Shown: positions 46,467 to 56,454 of the stretch, in pieces
Position numbering within the stretch: the stretch's first letter is position 1
Layout of the letters: each line of letters begins with the position of its first letter
From: Escherichia coli
Lineage (GTDB): Bacteria; Pseudomonadota; Gammaproteobacteria; Enterobacterales; Enterobacteriaceae
Strand: one strand, 5' to 3'
Assembly (NCBI RefSeq): GCF_029227855.1
Contig: NZ_CP074356.1
DNA length: 64,000 bases
The notes under the pieces: generated by a model
What the model was told of the DNA's origin: nothing
The model's input: only the letters and a program-made list of their open reading frames with translations
The model's database searches: none
Translations under genes and position numbers: made by a program

Positions 46467-47013
46467 ATCCCTCCTGTCGCGAAAAATGGCCTGCGTTATT
46501 GCCAGACGTAATAAAACTTTTGATTAACGTTTCTCGTACTGGTAGCACCCTCATGTACTTTTCTTTTTTACGAAAAATCAAAAGAGCTAACAAAGGTCAT
46601 AATTCGCATGAATCATTAATTATTTGTTATTTTCAACATTATTTTTACATTAAGCAGAGATGAATTGCAGTGAAATTCGACTTAACTTTTATGAAATGCA
46701 TTTACTCATGGCTAAAGCCACGTCACAAAAATGCAAATTAGAAGTTGATCACAATTATCTCAATACATCAAATCAAGTTAATTTTAAAAATTTAACATTC
46801 ATGACATCAGTTGACATAACACACTGAATTAAAATGAGAATTTGAAAACACACTTTAAACAATCATTTCCCGAAAGACATTTTGAAAATAGATCAATTGC
46901 AACATTACGGTCAGATAAAGACACTCCTGTGATATTAAACCTGTGCCGTTATGAACGGCCATAAATACGACGTGTGTAACTTATTTTACTCTCTGTCTTA
47001 CAAAGGATTACCC

Positions 47014-47463
47014 ATGAAGAAAGCAACACTTGTGATTGGCGTTATTGGCGCGGACTGCCATGCAGTAGGCAATAAAGTTCTGGACCGCGTTTTTAGCAAC
47101 CATGGCTTCAGAGTCATTAATCTGGGCGTAATGGTCAGCCAGGACGAATATATTGATGCTGCCATTGAAACTGGTGCTGACGCGATTGTCGTCTCCTCTA
47201 TCTATGGGCATGGCGATATCGACTGTCTGGACATGCGCGAACGCTGCATCGAGCGTGGACTGGGGGACATCCTGCTCTATGTGGGCGGTAACCTGGTGGT
47301 CGGAAAACATGACTTCGCTGACGTGGAAACCAAATTCAAAGAGATGGGATTTGATCGCGTCTTTGCCCCAAGTCATGACTTAGAAGATGTTTGTCAGCTG
47401 ATGGCCCACGATATCAACCAACGTCATGACGTTGATACTCGTATTCTTGAAGAGGCAATCTGA
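47014..47463 (+). CDS. Glutamate mutase S (sigma) component, B12-binding subunit (methylaspartate mutase small subunit)
   Basis: From the ATG at 47014 (AAGGAT ribosome-binding site): [62 protein letters not shown]...; the DxHxxG cobalamin-binding motif (DCHAVG) and strong similarity to clostridial GlmS/MutS as I remember it. The ORF-track upstream extension is rejected. Confidence 0.88.
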   Translation: MKKATLVIGVIGADCHAVGNKVLDRVFSNHGFRVINLGVMVSQDEYIDAAIETGADAIVVSSIYGHGDIDCLDMRERCIERGLGDILLYVGGNLVVGKHDFADVETKFKEMGFDRVFAPSHDLEDVCQLMAHDINQRHDVDTRILEEAI

Positions 47464-48851
47464 TGCAAATCGTCTCTGTCGATATTGGATCGACGTGGAC
47501 CAAAGCAGCCCTCTTCGCCCGGGAGGGGGACGCGTTAACGTTGGTTAACCACGTACTGACCCCAACCACCCCCCATCATCTGGCGAAGGGGTTTTTCTCC
47601 AGTCTGAACCTGGTGTTAAACGTAGATGATGCCCTCCCCCTGTTTAACAGCGGTGAGGTTGCATTGAAGTATTCCTCCTCTGCCAAAGGTGGGCTGGCGG
47701 TTGCCGCAATGGGATTGGTGCCTTCTATCACCCTGGAAACCGCGAAAGTAACCGCTCACTCTGCGGGGGCTAAAATTGCGCAATATTACGCCTACAAGCT
47801 GAACCGCCGTGATATCCAGGCACTGGAAGAAACGCAGCCCGATATTCTCTTGTTCACCGGCGGCACCGACGGCGGAGAAGAAAGCTACGGCCTGAATAAC
47901 GCCCGTGTGCTGGCAGAATCCAAACTCGACTGCGCCATTATTTATGCCGGAAACCGGGATATTCAGGACAAGGTGCAGGAGATCCTAGGGCATAAAGACC
48001 TGACCATCGTCGACAACGTTCTGCCCGATCTTGACCATCCGAACCCTTTAGCTGCACGCCAGGCTATCTGCGACATATTCCTTAAACGCATCGTTAAAGG
48101 GAAAGGGCTGGATGTCGTTGTTGATAAAACAGGCGAAGAACCAATGCCGACACCGTGGACAGTCTTTGAACTGGTTAAGGCAATCAGTAATGTCGATCAC
48201 AGCTGGAAAGAGTTCATGCTGATCGACATGGGCGGCGCAACCACCGATGTCTATTCCGCCTGTGCCAACACGCTCTCGCCCGACACCGTTTTACACGGCG
48301 TACCGGAACCCTTCGTGAAACGGACGGTGGAAGGCGATCTGGGAATGCGCGTCTCGGCAATGGTGGTTGGTGAAAGTGCGAAAGAGTTAGTCAATGTGAA
48401 TTTTGCTCAGCAACCCGCACAGCTGGACGCTTTTTATCATTACCTCCGTCATCTAGTCGCTCATCCCGACTACTTACCCGCGAATTCAGAAGAAAAATAT
48501 TTCGATACCGTCCTGGCCGGACTGTGTGTGGGTTATGCCACCGAAAGACATGCGGGCACCAAAAAAGAGGTCTGCACCTGCGTCGGCAATGTCGATTTAC
48601 AGATGGGACGTGACCTGACAACCGTGCGTAAAGTCGTCGGATCCGGCGGATGGCTCTCGCGTGCCAGTCAGTTCGATATGCATCACTGGTTGAAATACCG
48701 CAAGTTAAACGACGACGGTAAACGCATTCTCTTACCGACCGAATTTGAATATTACCGCGATTCCCGGGGGCTATTACCATTGCTGGCAAACGTCGCCAGA
48801 GTCGATCCGCTGGCCGCCGCGCGCACCAGTATTCAATGCTTAACCCTATAA
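47463..48851 (+). CDS. Glutamate mutase L component (MutL/GlmL-like accessory/reactivating protein)
   Basis: 462 aa [39 protein letters not shown]... (actin-like ATPase N-terminus); start overlaps the stop of the preceding gene (TGATG); position between the S and E subunits as in clostridial operons. Confidence 0.8.
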   Translation: MQIVSVDIGSTWTKAALFAREGDALTLVNHVLTPTTPHHLAKGFFSSLNLVLNVDDALPLFNSGEVALKYSSSAKGGLAVAAMGLVPSITLETAKVTAHSAGAKIAQYYAYKLNRRDIQALEETQPDILLFTGGTDGGEESYGLNNARVLAESKLDCAIIYAGNRDIQDKVQEILGHKDLTIVDNVLPDLDHPNPLAARQAICDIFLKRIVKGKGLDVVVDKTGEEPMPTPWTVFELVKAISNVDHSWKEFMLIDMGGATTDVYSACANTLSPDTVLHGVPEPFVKRTVEGDLGMRVSAMVVGESAKELVNVNFAQQPAQLDAFYHYLRHLVAHPDYLPANSEEKYFDTVLAGLCVGYATERHAGTKKEVCTCVGNVDLQMGRDLTTVRKVVGSGGWLSRASQFDMHHWLKYRKLNDDGKRILLPTEFEYYRDSRGLLPLLANVARVDPLAAARTSIQCLTL

Positions 48852-48869
48852 CAATTAAGGCTGCAATCA

Positions 48870-50315
48870 ATGGAACTTCGAAATAAGAAATTAACCCATG
48901 ACGAATTCATGACCGAGCGGCAACAGGTACTGAAAACCTGGGAAACCGGCAAGGATGTTGAAAACTTTGAAGATGGCGTTAAATACCAACAAACCATTCC
49001 TGAGCATAAACGCTTCTCTCTTGCGCTGTTGAAAGCAGACAAGGAAGGTAAAACCCTTAGCCAACCGCGCGCAGGTGTGGCGCTGATGGACGAACACATC
49101 GAACTACTGAAAACACTACAAGAAGAGTGCGATCTGCTGCCGAGCACTATCGATGCATATACCCGTCTGAATCGGTACGAAGAAGCGGCTGTAGGGATTA
49201 AAAAATCCATCGAAGCCGGAACCTCTAAACTGAACGGTTTGCCGGTAGTTAACCATGGCGTCGCAGCTTGCCGTCGCCTCACCGAAACCCTGCAAAAACC
49301 GCTACAGATCCGCCACGGCACGCCAGATGCGCGTCTGCTGGCTGAAATCTCGATGTCCAGCGGCTTTACCAGTTACGAAGGCGGCGGCATTTCCTACAAC
49401 ATTCCGTATGCCAAACGCGTAACGCTGGAAAAATCGATCCGCGACTGGCAGTACTGCGACCGTTTAATGGGGATGTATGAAGAACACGGGATCCGCATCA
49501 ACCGCGAACCGTTTGGCCCACTAACAGGTACGCTGATCCCGCCGTTTATCTCGCACTCTATCGCGATAATCGAAGGCTTGCTGGCGCTGGAACAGGGTGT
49601 GAAATCTATCACCGTTGGTTATGGACAGGTCGGCAGCCTGACGCAGGATGTTGCGGCGATCCAGTCTCTGCGTGAACTTGCACACGAATATTTTCAGAGC
49701 TATGGCTATACCGACTATGAATTAAGTACCGTGTTTCACCAGTGGATGGGCGGCTTTCCGGAAGACGAATCGAAAGCGTTCGCTATTATCTCCTGGGGCG
49801 CAGCCGTCGCGGGGATGTCTGGTGCCACCAAAGTCATCACCAAAAGCCCGCACGAAGCCTGGGGTATCCCGACTGCCGCTGCCAACATTCAGGGGCTGAA
49901 AGCCTCCCGCCAGATGCTCAACATGGTCAACGAGCAGAAATTCCCGCCGTGCCCTGCGGTTGAACTGGAAATTGAACTGATTAAGAGCGAGGTTCGCGCG
50001 GTACTGAATAAAGTGTTCGAACTGGGTAATGGTGATATTGCGCGCGGTACGGTGCTGGCATTTGAAGCGGGCGTACTGGATGTGCCGTTTGCGCCAGCCG
50101 CCTGCAACGCGGGCAAAATTCTTCCGGTCCGTGACAACACCGGCGCGATACGCGTACTGGAAGCCGGAGCCGTTCCATTGCCAAAAGATATTCTCGACCT
50201 CCACCACGATTACGTTGCTGAACGCGCACGCTTTGAAGGACGCCAACCGACATTCCAGATGGTTGTAGATGACATCAATGCTGTATCCCACAGTAAATTA
50301 ATAGGAAGACCATAA
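48870..50315 (+). CDS. Glutamate mutase E (epsilon) catalytic subunit (methylaspartate mutase large subunit)
   Basis: 481 aa ORF MELRNKKLTHDEFMTERQQVLKTWETGKDVENFEDGVKYQQTIPEHKRFSLALLKADKEGKTLSQPRAGVALMDEHIELLKTLQ... matching remembered GlmE/MutE. Confidence 0.88.
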   Translation: MELRNKKLTHDEFMTERQQVLKTWETGKDVENFEDGVKYQQTIPEHKRFSLALLKADKEGKTLSQPRAGVALMDEHIELLKTLQEECDLLPSTIDAYTRLNRYEEAAVGIKKSIEAGTSKLNGLPVVNHGVAACRRLTETLQKPLQIRHGTPDARLLAEISMSSGFTSYEGGGISYNIPYAKRVTLEKSIRDWQYCDRLMGMYEEHGIRINREPFGPLTGTLIPPFISHSIAIIEGLLALEQGVKSITVGYGQVGSLTQDVAAIQSLRELAHEYFQSYGYTDYELSTVFHQWMGGFPEDESKAFAIISWGAAVAGMSGATKVITKSPHEAWGIPTAAANIQGLKASRQMLNMVNEQKFPPCPAVELEIELIKSEVRAVLNKVFELGNGDIARGTVLAFEAGVLDVPFAPAACNAGKILPVRDNTGAIRVLEAGAVPLPKDILDLHHDYVAERARFEGRQPTFQMVVDDINAVSHSKLIGRP

Positions 50316-51556
50316 TGAAAATAAAACAGGCCCTTTTTACCGCTGGCTACTCCTCATTCTATTTCGATGACCAGCAGGCGATAAAAAACGGAGCGGGTCA
50401 CGACGGTTTTTTTTATACCGGGGAGCCAGTAACACAGGGGTTTAACGCCGTACGTCAGGCCGGGGAGTGCGTATCGGTACAGTTGATTCTGGAAAACGGC
50501 GCGGTCGCCGTAGGTGACTGTGCTGCCGTACAGTATTCCGGGGCAGGCGGTCGCGATCCACTGTTCCTCGCGGAGCACTTTATTCCGTTCCTCAACGACC
50601 ATATCAAGCCATTACTGGTAGGCCGCGATGTGGATGTTTTCCTGCCGAATGCCCGTTTCTTCGACAAATTGCGTATTGACGGCAACTTGCTGCATACCGC
50701 CGTGCGCTACGGATTATCACAGGCTCTGCTTGATGCTACCGCGCTGGCAACCGGCCGTCTGAAAACTGAAGTGATCTGTGATGAATGGCAGTTGCCACGC
50801 GTGGCGGAATCCATTCCATTATTTGGTCAGAGCGGGGACGATCGATATATCGCCGTCGATAAGATGATCCTTAAGGGCATCGACGTGCTGCCCCATGCGC
50901 TGATTAATAACGTCGAAGAGAAGCTGGGCTTTAAAGGTGAAAAACTGCGCGAATATGTCCGCTGGTTGTCGGATCGCATTCTGAGCAAGCGCACCAGCGC
51001 ACGCTACCACCCAATCCTGCACATCGATGTATACGGCACTATCGGTCTGATCTTCGATATGGATCCGCTTCGCTGTGCGCAATACATCGCCAGCCTGGAA
51101 AAAGAAGCGCAAGGCCTGCCGCTCTACATTGAAGGGCCGGTCGATGCCGGTAACAAGCCCGATCAAATTCGCCTGCTGACCGCGATTACCAAAGAGCTGA
51201 CGCGCCTCGGTTCCGGCGTGAAACTAGTGGCCGATGAATGGTGTAACACCTACCAGGATATTGTTGATTTCACAGATGCCGCCAGTTGCCACATGGTGCA
51301 AATCAAAACCCCGGATCTGGGCAGTATTCACAACATCGTCGATGCAGTTCTTTATTGCAACAGCCACAGCATGGAAGCGTACCAGGGCGGCACCTGCAAT
51401 GAAACTGATGTCAGTGCCCGCACCTGTGTCCACGTCGCCCTTGCCGCTCGCCCCATGCGTATGCTGGTAAAACCAGGGATGGGCTTTGACGAAGGCCTCG
51501 ATATCGTCTTCAACGAAATGAATCGTACTATCGCGCTGTTGCAGGCTAAGGATTAA
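50315..51556 (+). CDS. 3-methylaspartate ammonia-lyase (methylaspartase; enolase superfamily)
   Basis: 413 aa ORF MKIKQALFTAGYSSFYFDDQQAIKNGAGHDGFFYTGEPVTQGFNAVRQAGECVSVQLILENG... with conserved blocks (CAAVQYSGAGGRDPLFLA, QSGDDRY, LPHALINNVEEKLG, HMVQIKTPDLG, AKPGMG) shared with the clostridial enzyme; start overlaps the preceding stop. Confidence 0.9.
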   Translation: MKIKQALFTAGYSSFYFDDQQAIKNGAGHDGFFYTGEPVTQGFNAVRQAGECVSVQLILENGAVAVGDCAAVQYSGAGGRDPLFLAEHFIPFLNDHIKPLLVGRDVDVFLPNARFFDKLRIDGNLLHTAVRYGLSQALLDATALATGRLKTEVICDEWQLPRVAESIPLFGQSGDDRYIAVDKMILKGIDVLPHALINNVEEKLGFKGEKLREYVRWLSDRILSKRTSARYHPILHIDVYGTIGLIFDMDPLRCAQYIASLEKEAQGLPLYIEGPVDAGNKPDQIRLLTAITKELTRLGSGVKLVADEWCNTYQDIVDFTDAASCHMVQIKTPDLGSIHNIVDAVLYCNSHSMEAYQGGTCNETDVSARTCVHVALAARPMRMLVKPGMGFDEGLDIVFNEMNRTIALLQAKD

Positions 51557-51559
51557 CAA

Positions 51560-52930
51560 ATGGCTCGTTCTTTTAAAGTCTTATCGCCAACGGCAATCCT
51601 CGGGTATGGATTCCCGGAAGAGAGCTTCCGCAAAGCGATGGCAGAATCGCCCGATCTGATCGCCGTTGATGCAGGCTCTTCCGATCCTGGCCCCCACTAC
51701 CTCGGGGCGGGCAAACCGTTTACCGATCGCGCAGGGGTCAAGCGCGATCTGCGCTATATGATCACCGCAGGCGTGCAAAATAATATACCGGTGGTGATCG
51801 GAACGGCCGGCGGTTCTGGTGCCGCTCCACACCTGGAGTGGTGCCGAGAAATAATTCATGAGATTGCCCGGGAAGAGCACCTCTCGTTCTCGATGGCGTT
51901 GATCCCGGCAGACGTTGACAAAGCCATCGTCCACCAGGCGCTGGATAACGGCAAAATCACGGCGCTGGAGTTTGTCCCGCCGTTAACCCACGACGCGATT
52001 GACGAAAGTACGTATATCGTTGCGCAAATGGGCATCGAACCCTTCCAGCGGGCGCTGAAAGAAGGCGCGCAAGTGGTGCCGGGCGGGCGCGCTTACGACC
52101 CGGCCTGCTTTGCTGCGCTTCCGATCATGCAAGGCTTTGATGAAGGTCTGGCGCTTCATTGTGGGAAAATCCTTGAATGCGCGGCAATCGCCGCAACGCC
52201 CGGCTCAGGCTCTGACTGTGCGATGGGCATCATTGATGACAACGGCTTTACGCTGAAGACATTTAATCCGAAGCGTAAATTTACCGAAACGTCAGCAGCT
52301 GCACACACACTGTATGAGAAATCCGATCCCTACTTCCTGCCTGGACCTGGCGGCGTGTTGAACCTGAAAGGCTGCACATTTAAAGCGGTCAATGACAGCG
52401 AAGTGTACGTCAGCGGTTCTAAGCATGAAGAAACGCCGTATTCCCTGAAACTGGAAGGTGCGCGACGGGTGGGCTTCCGCTGTCTGACCATCGCAGGAAC
52501 GCGCGACCCGATCATGATCGCCGGGATCGATAAAATCATCGATGAAGTCAAAACCAGCGTTTCGCGTAACCTGTCGCTCGACGATGACAGCATTCACATC
52601 AATTTCCACCTGTACGGCAAAAACGGGGTGATGGGCGACCATGAACCGATGCAAACTGCCGGGCATGAGCTGGGGATTGTCCTAGATGTAGTTGCGCCGA
52701 CCCAGGAAATTGCCAACAGCGTTTGCTCGCTGGTGCGCTCTACTATGCTGCACTACGGCTATGAAAACCGCATCGCTACCGCAGGCAACCTGGCGTTCCC
52801 GTTCTCCCCTTCTGATATCCAGGGCGGGCCGGTATACGAATTTTCCATATATCACCTGATTGAAGCCAACGACGCTCTGCGTTTTGATTTCCATATTGAA
52901 CAGGTGACGCCAGAAGGAGTTCAGGCATGA
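51560..52930 (+). CDS. Conserved hypothetical protein, 456 aa (possibly DUF1446/AtuA-like; assignment from memory, unverified)
   Basis: ORF MARSFKVLSPTAILGYGFPEESFRKAMAESPDLIAVDAGSSDPGPHYLGAGKPF... begins 4 bp after the methylaspartase stop; no catalytic motif I can name. Confidence 0.6.
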   Translation: MARSFKVLSPTAILGYGFPEESFRKAMAESPDLIAVDAGSSDPGPHYLGAGKPFTDRAGVKRDLRYMITAGVQNNIPVVIGTAGGSGAAPHLEWCREIIHEIAREEHLSFSMALIPADVDKAIVHQALDNGKITALEFVPPLTHDAIDESTYIVAQMGIEPFQRALKEGAQVVPGGRAYDPACFAALPIMQGFDEGLALHCGKILECAAIAATPGSGSDCAMGIIDDNGFTLKTFNPKRKFTETSAAAHTLYEKSDPYFLPGPGGVLNLKGCTFKAVNDSEVYVSGSKHEETPYSLKLEGARRVGFRCLTIAGTRDPIMIAGIDKIIDEVKTSVSRNLSLDDDSIHINFHLYGKNGVMGDHEPMQTAGHELGIVLDVVAPTQEIANSVCSLVRSTMLHYGYENRIATAGNLAFPFSPSDIQGGPVYEFSIYHLIEANDALRFDFHIEQVTPEGVQA

Positions 52931-53244
52931 AACAGTCAATTGTCTCACTGGCGCAAGTCATTCGTTCGAAAAATGCCGGACCTTACGAACTGGTTTTAGA
53001 TATTTTATTTAAAACGAAAGAAAACTATGAGCGAGTTAAATCATCAGGGCAATTAACCCCAGAACTGATTGCGCGCTTATATCATGTTGAACCTGACTTT
53101 ATTCACCGTATTGTCTGGTTTGATCCTTCTAACGCAGTAAAAATCGTCATGCCACGAGATATTATCTCCGGGAATGTAGGTGACAATGATGTCTATGGTG
53201 CACAGCAACATGCACCTTTATTAAATATGAGTTTCGATTTGTAA
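52927..53244 (+). CDS. Conserved hypothetical protein, 105 aa (possibly DUF4387-like partner of the preceding gene; unverified)
   Basis: ORF MKQSIVSLAQVIRSKNAGPYELVLDILFKTKENYERVKSSGQLTPELIARLYH...; start codon overlaps the stop of the upstream gene (ATGA), implying translational coupling. Confidence 0.55.
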   Translation: MKQSIVSLAQVIRSKNAGPYELVLDILFKTKENYERVKSSGQLTPELIARLYHVEPDFIHRIVWFDPSNAVKIVMPRDIISGNVGDNDVYGAQQHAPLLNMSFDL

Positions 53245-53404
53245 AAATCCGAATACTTTTAGCCAACTGACATCCCGTCACTTATTGCAGTTCAACACTT
53301 CAGCTATTTGTAAGGTTGTAATAGCAGGTAGATGCCTGAATCTCTATTCAGGCATCTACTTCTCCTGATTCTGATTTATCGCCGTGCACCTGATGGAGGA
53401 AAAA

Positions 53405-54685
53405 ATGAAGAAAATAAGTTTAACCACGATGATTCTTTTGGCGCTGGTACTTGGAATGATTATCGGCGTAGTGCTCAATAACACTGCTTCACCGGAAACC
53501 GCAAAACTCTATGCGCAAGAAATATCGATATTCACGACGATTTTCTTACGACTGATAAAAATGATTATCGCTCCGTTAGTGGTCTCTACCCTGGTGGTAG
53601 GTATAGCTAAAATGGGCGATGCCAAAGCCCTTGGTCGTATTTTTTCTAAAACACTCTTTTTATTTATTTGCGCCTCATTGCTGTCAATTGCCTTAGGCTT
53701 GATAACAGTAAATTTCTTCATGCCAGGCACAGGAATTAATTTTGTTGCACACGGAGCCGAAACCACCGGAGTGGTCGCGTCAGAACCCTTTACGCTAAAA
53801 GTATTTATTTCGCATGCTTTCCCCACCAGCATTGTCGATGCCATGGCGCACAATGAAATTTTGCAAATCGTGGTGTTCTCAATTTTCCTCGGCTGTAGCC
53901 TGACGGCGATTGGCGAGAAAGGCAGCGCCATCGTTCACGCCTTAGATTCGCTGGCACATGCCATGTTAAAGCTCACTGGCTACGTCATGCTCTTCGCTCC
54001 CCTGACCGTATTCGCTGCTATTTCAGCATTGATTGCTGAACGAGGACTGGCAGTTATGGTGAGCGCCGGGATCTTTATGGGTGAATTTTATTTCACCATG
54101 TTATTACTTTGGGTGCTGCTTATCGGTCTGGCCATCGTTTATGTTGGCCCCTGCATCAGACGCCTGACCCGCGCCCTTTCGGAACCCGCCCTGCTGGCAT
54201 TTACCACATCCAGTTCTGAAGCGGCTTTTCCGGGAACGCTTGAAAAACTGGAGCAATTTGGCGTTTCCCCAAAAATTGCCAGTTTTGTCTTACCCATTGG
54301 CTACTCATTTAATCTCGTTGGATCAATGGCCTACTGCTCCTTCGCCACAGTTTTCATCGCCCAGGCCTGCAATATCCATTTATCCATCGGTGAGCAAATC
54401 ACCATGCTGTTGATCCTGATGTTGACCTCGAAAGGAATGGCTGGCGTACCACGCGCCTCAATGGTGGTTATCGCCGCCACGCTCAACCAGTTCAATATTC
54501 CGGAAGCGGGGCTGATCTTGCTGATGGGCGTTGATCCGTTCCTTGATATGGGGCGTTCAGCGACAAACGTCATGAGCAACGCAATGGGCGCTGCGATGGT
54601 GAGTCGGTGGGAAGGCGAACATTTCGGCGAGGGCTGTCGGGGTAAAGCATTAAAACCCAATGAATCGAACGTTGCTCTGCCCTGA
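53405..54685 (+). CDS. Dicarboxylate/amino acid:cation symporter (DAACS family; GltP/DctA-like)
   Basis: From the ATG at 53405 (GGAGGA ribosome-binding site): MKKISLTTMILLALVLGMIIGVVLN... multi-pass membrane protein with DAACS-type layout; substrate not inferable from sequence alone. Confidence 0.8.
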   Translation: MKKISLTTMILLALVLGMIIGVVLNNTASPETAKLYAQEISIFTTIFLRLIKMIIAPLVVSTLVVGIAKMGDAKALGRIFSKTLFLFICASLLSIALGLITVNFFMPGTGINFVAHGAETTGVVASEPFTLKVFISHAFPTSIVDAMAHNEILQIVVFSIFLGCSLTAIGEKGSAIVHALDSLAHAMLKLTGYVMLFAPLTVFAAISALIAERGLAVMVSAGIFMGEFYFTMLLLWVLLIGLAIVYVGPCIRRLTRALSEPALLAFTTSSSEAAFPGTLEKLEQFGVSPKIASFVLPIGYSFNLVGSMAYCSFATVFIAQACNIHLSIGEQITMLLILMLTSKGMAGVPRASMVVIAATLNQFNIPEAGLILLMGVDPFLDMGRSATNVMSNAMGAAMVSRWEGEHFGEGCRGKALKPNESNVALP

Positions 54686-54792
54686 GGGGGATCTTAAGCA
54701 ATCAGAAGCCAATGACTACGCATTTTTATAAGCCGGATCATGAAGTTAGACGGCAATTAAGTAAAACTAACGTTTAAGGTGAAAAGTGAAAT

Positions 54793-56445
54793 ATGTCCAA
54801 ACCATTTATCTGGCAAGAACCGTTTCTACAAAATAAAGACGGTACAGAATATACATTAATTAGCGATCAACATATTACAGTAACGGAATTAGACGGCGAA
54901 GAAGTAATAAAAATCGCTCCTGAAGCATTAACGCTGCTTGCCCGGCAGGCATTTTATGAAGCCTCTTTTTTCTTACGTTCCGCTCATTTGCAACAGGTCG
55001 CCAGCATTCTTAACGATCCGCAGGCCAGTAGTAATGATAAATACGTTGCGTTGCAGTTATTACGTAATGCTGAAGTCTCAGCAAAAGGGGTATTACCCAA
55101 CTGTCAGGATACCGGCACCGCAACTATTGTTGCCAGTAAAGGGCAACAGATATGGACGGGAGGTAACGACGCTGAAGCCTTAAGCAAAGGCATTTACACC
55201 ACTTTTCAGGAAAATAATCTGCGCTTTTCACAAAATGCGCCACTGGATATGTTTACCGAAGTCAATACGCAAACCAATCTCCCGGCGCAGATTGATATCA
55301 GCGCCGTCGCTGGTGATGAGTACCATTTTCTCTGTATTAATAAAGGGGGCGGCTCTGCCAATAAAGCCGCGCTTTATCAGGAAACCAAATCCCTATTGCA
55401 ACCAGAAAAACTGACCGCATTTTTAATCGAAAAAATGAAATCGCTGGGCACCGCTGCCTGCCCGCCTTACCACATCGCCTTTGTCGTCGGAGGACTTTCA
55501 GCCGATCAAACCTTAAAAGTTGCCAAGCTGGCCTCAACGAAATATTACGACAATTTGCCCACCAGCGGAAACGAGCAAGGACAAGCATTCCGTGATATTG
55601 AGCTGGAAAAAGTATTGCTCGAGGCCAGTCAGCAATTTGGTATTGGTGCGCAATTTGGGGGTAAATATTTCGCTCATGATATTCGCGTCATTCGTCTGCC
55701 GCGTCACGGTGGCTCTTGCCCGATAGCTATGGCGCTCTCCTGTTCTGCGGATCGCAATATCAAAGCAAAAATTAACAAGCACGGTATCTGGCTGGAAAAA
55801 CTCGAACACAATCCGGGGCAATATATTCCAGCCTCACTGCGGGAAGAAAATCACGCGCAACATGTACAGCTGGATCTAAACCGTCCGTTGCGTGACGTGA
55901 TGCAGGATCTCGCCAGATTACCGGTAGGCACCCGCGTGTCGTTAAGTGGTCCCATCGTAGTGGCGCGCGATATCGCCCACGCCAAAATAAAAGCGCGGCT
56001 GGATAGCGGCGAACCGATGCCGGATTACCTGAAGCATCATATTGTCTATTACGCTGGCCCGGCGAAAACACCGGAGAACATGGCCTGCGGTTCACTGGGT
56101 CCAACCACGGGCGGTCGAATGGACGGTTATGTCGATACCTTCCAGGCGGTTGGCGGCAGTCTGGTGATGTTATCGAAAGGTCACCGCAGCCAGCAGGTCA
56201 CCGATGCCTGTCACAAACATGGCGGCTTCAATCTGGGAAGTATTGGCGGTGCAGCTGCGTTACTGGCGCAAGAATATGTCAAAAGTCTGCGTTGCCTGGA
56301 ATACCCGGAGCTGGGTATGGAAGCGGTGTGGATGATGGAAGTGGAAAATCTGCCCGCATTCATCCTGGTAGATGATAAAGGCAATAATTTCTTTAGTCAG
56401 TTTGAGCAGCAACACCGCTGCGCCAGTTGCCCTGCGGGACATTAA
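54793..56445 (+). CDS. fumD: Class I (Fe-S) fumarate hydratase paralogue; probable mesaconase/fumarase
   Basis: 550 aa [65 protein letters not shown]... collinear with remembered FumA/FumB (e.g. [41 protein letters not shown] blocks). The symbol is from my recollection of a described O157:H7 paralogue. Confidence 0.85.
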   Translation: MSKPFIWQEPFLQNKDGTEYTLISDQHITVTELDGEEVIKIAPEALTLLARQAFYEASFFLRSAHLQQVASILNDPQASSNDKYVALQLLRNAEVSAKGVLPNCQDTGTATIVASKGQQIWTGGNDAEALSKGIYTTFQENNLRFSQNAPLDMFTEVNTQTNLPAQIDISAVAGDEYHFLCINKGGGSANKAALYQETKSLLQPEKLTAFLIEKMKSLGTAACPPYHIAFVVGGLSADQTLKVAKLASTKYYDNLPTSGNEQGQAFRDIELEKVLLEASQQFGIGAQFGGKYFAHDIRVIRLPRHGGSCPIAMALSCSADRNIKAKINKHGIWLEKLEHNPGQYIPASLREENHAQHVQLDLNRPLRDVMQDLARLPVGTRVSLSGPIVVARDIAHAKIKARLDSGEPMPDYLKHHIVYYAGPAKTPENMACGSLGPTTGGRMDGYVDTFQAVGGSLVMLSKGHRSQQVTDACHKHGGFNLGSIGGAAALLAQEYVKSLRCLEYPELGMEAVWMMEVENLPAFILVDDKGNNFFSQFEQQHRCASCPAGH

Positions 56446-56454
56446 GGAAAATGA

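Noticed and set aside
46467-47013. Candidate FNR box or B12 riboswitch upstream of the glutamate mutase operon
   Set aside because: I found only partial TTGAT half-sites and no recognisable riboswitch core by eye; not callable without motif-search tools.
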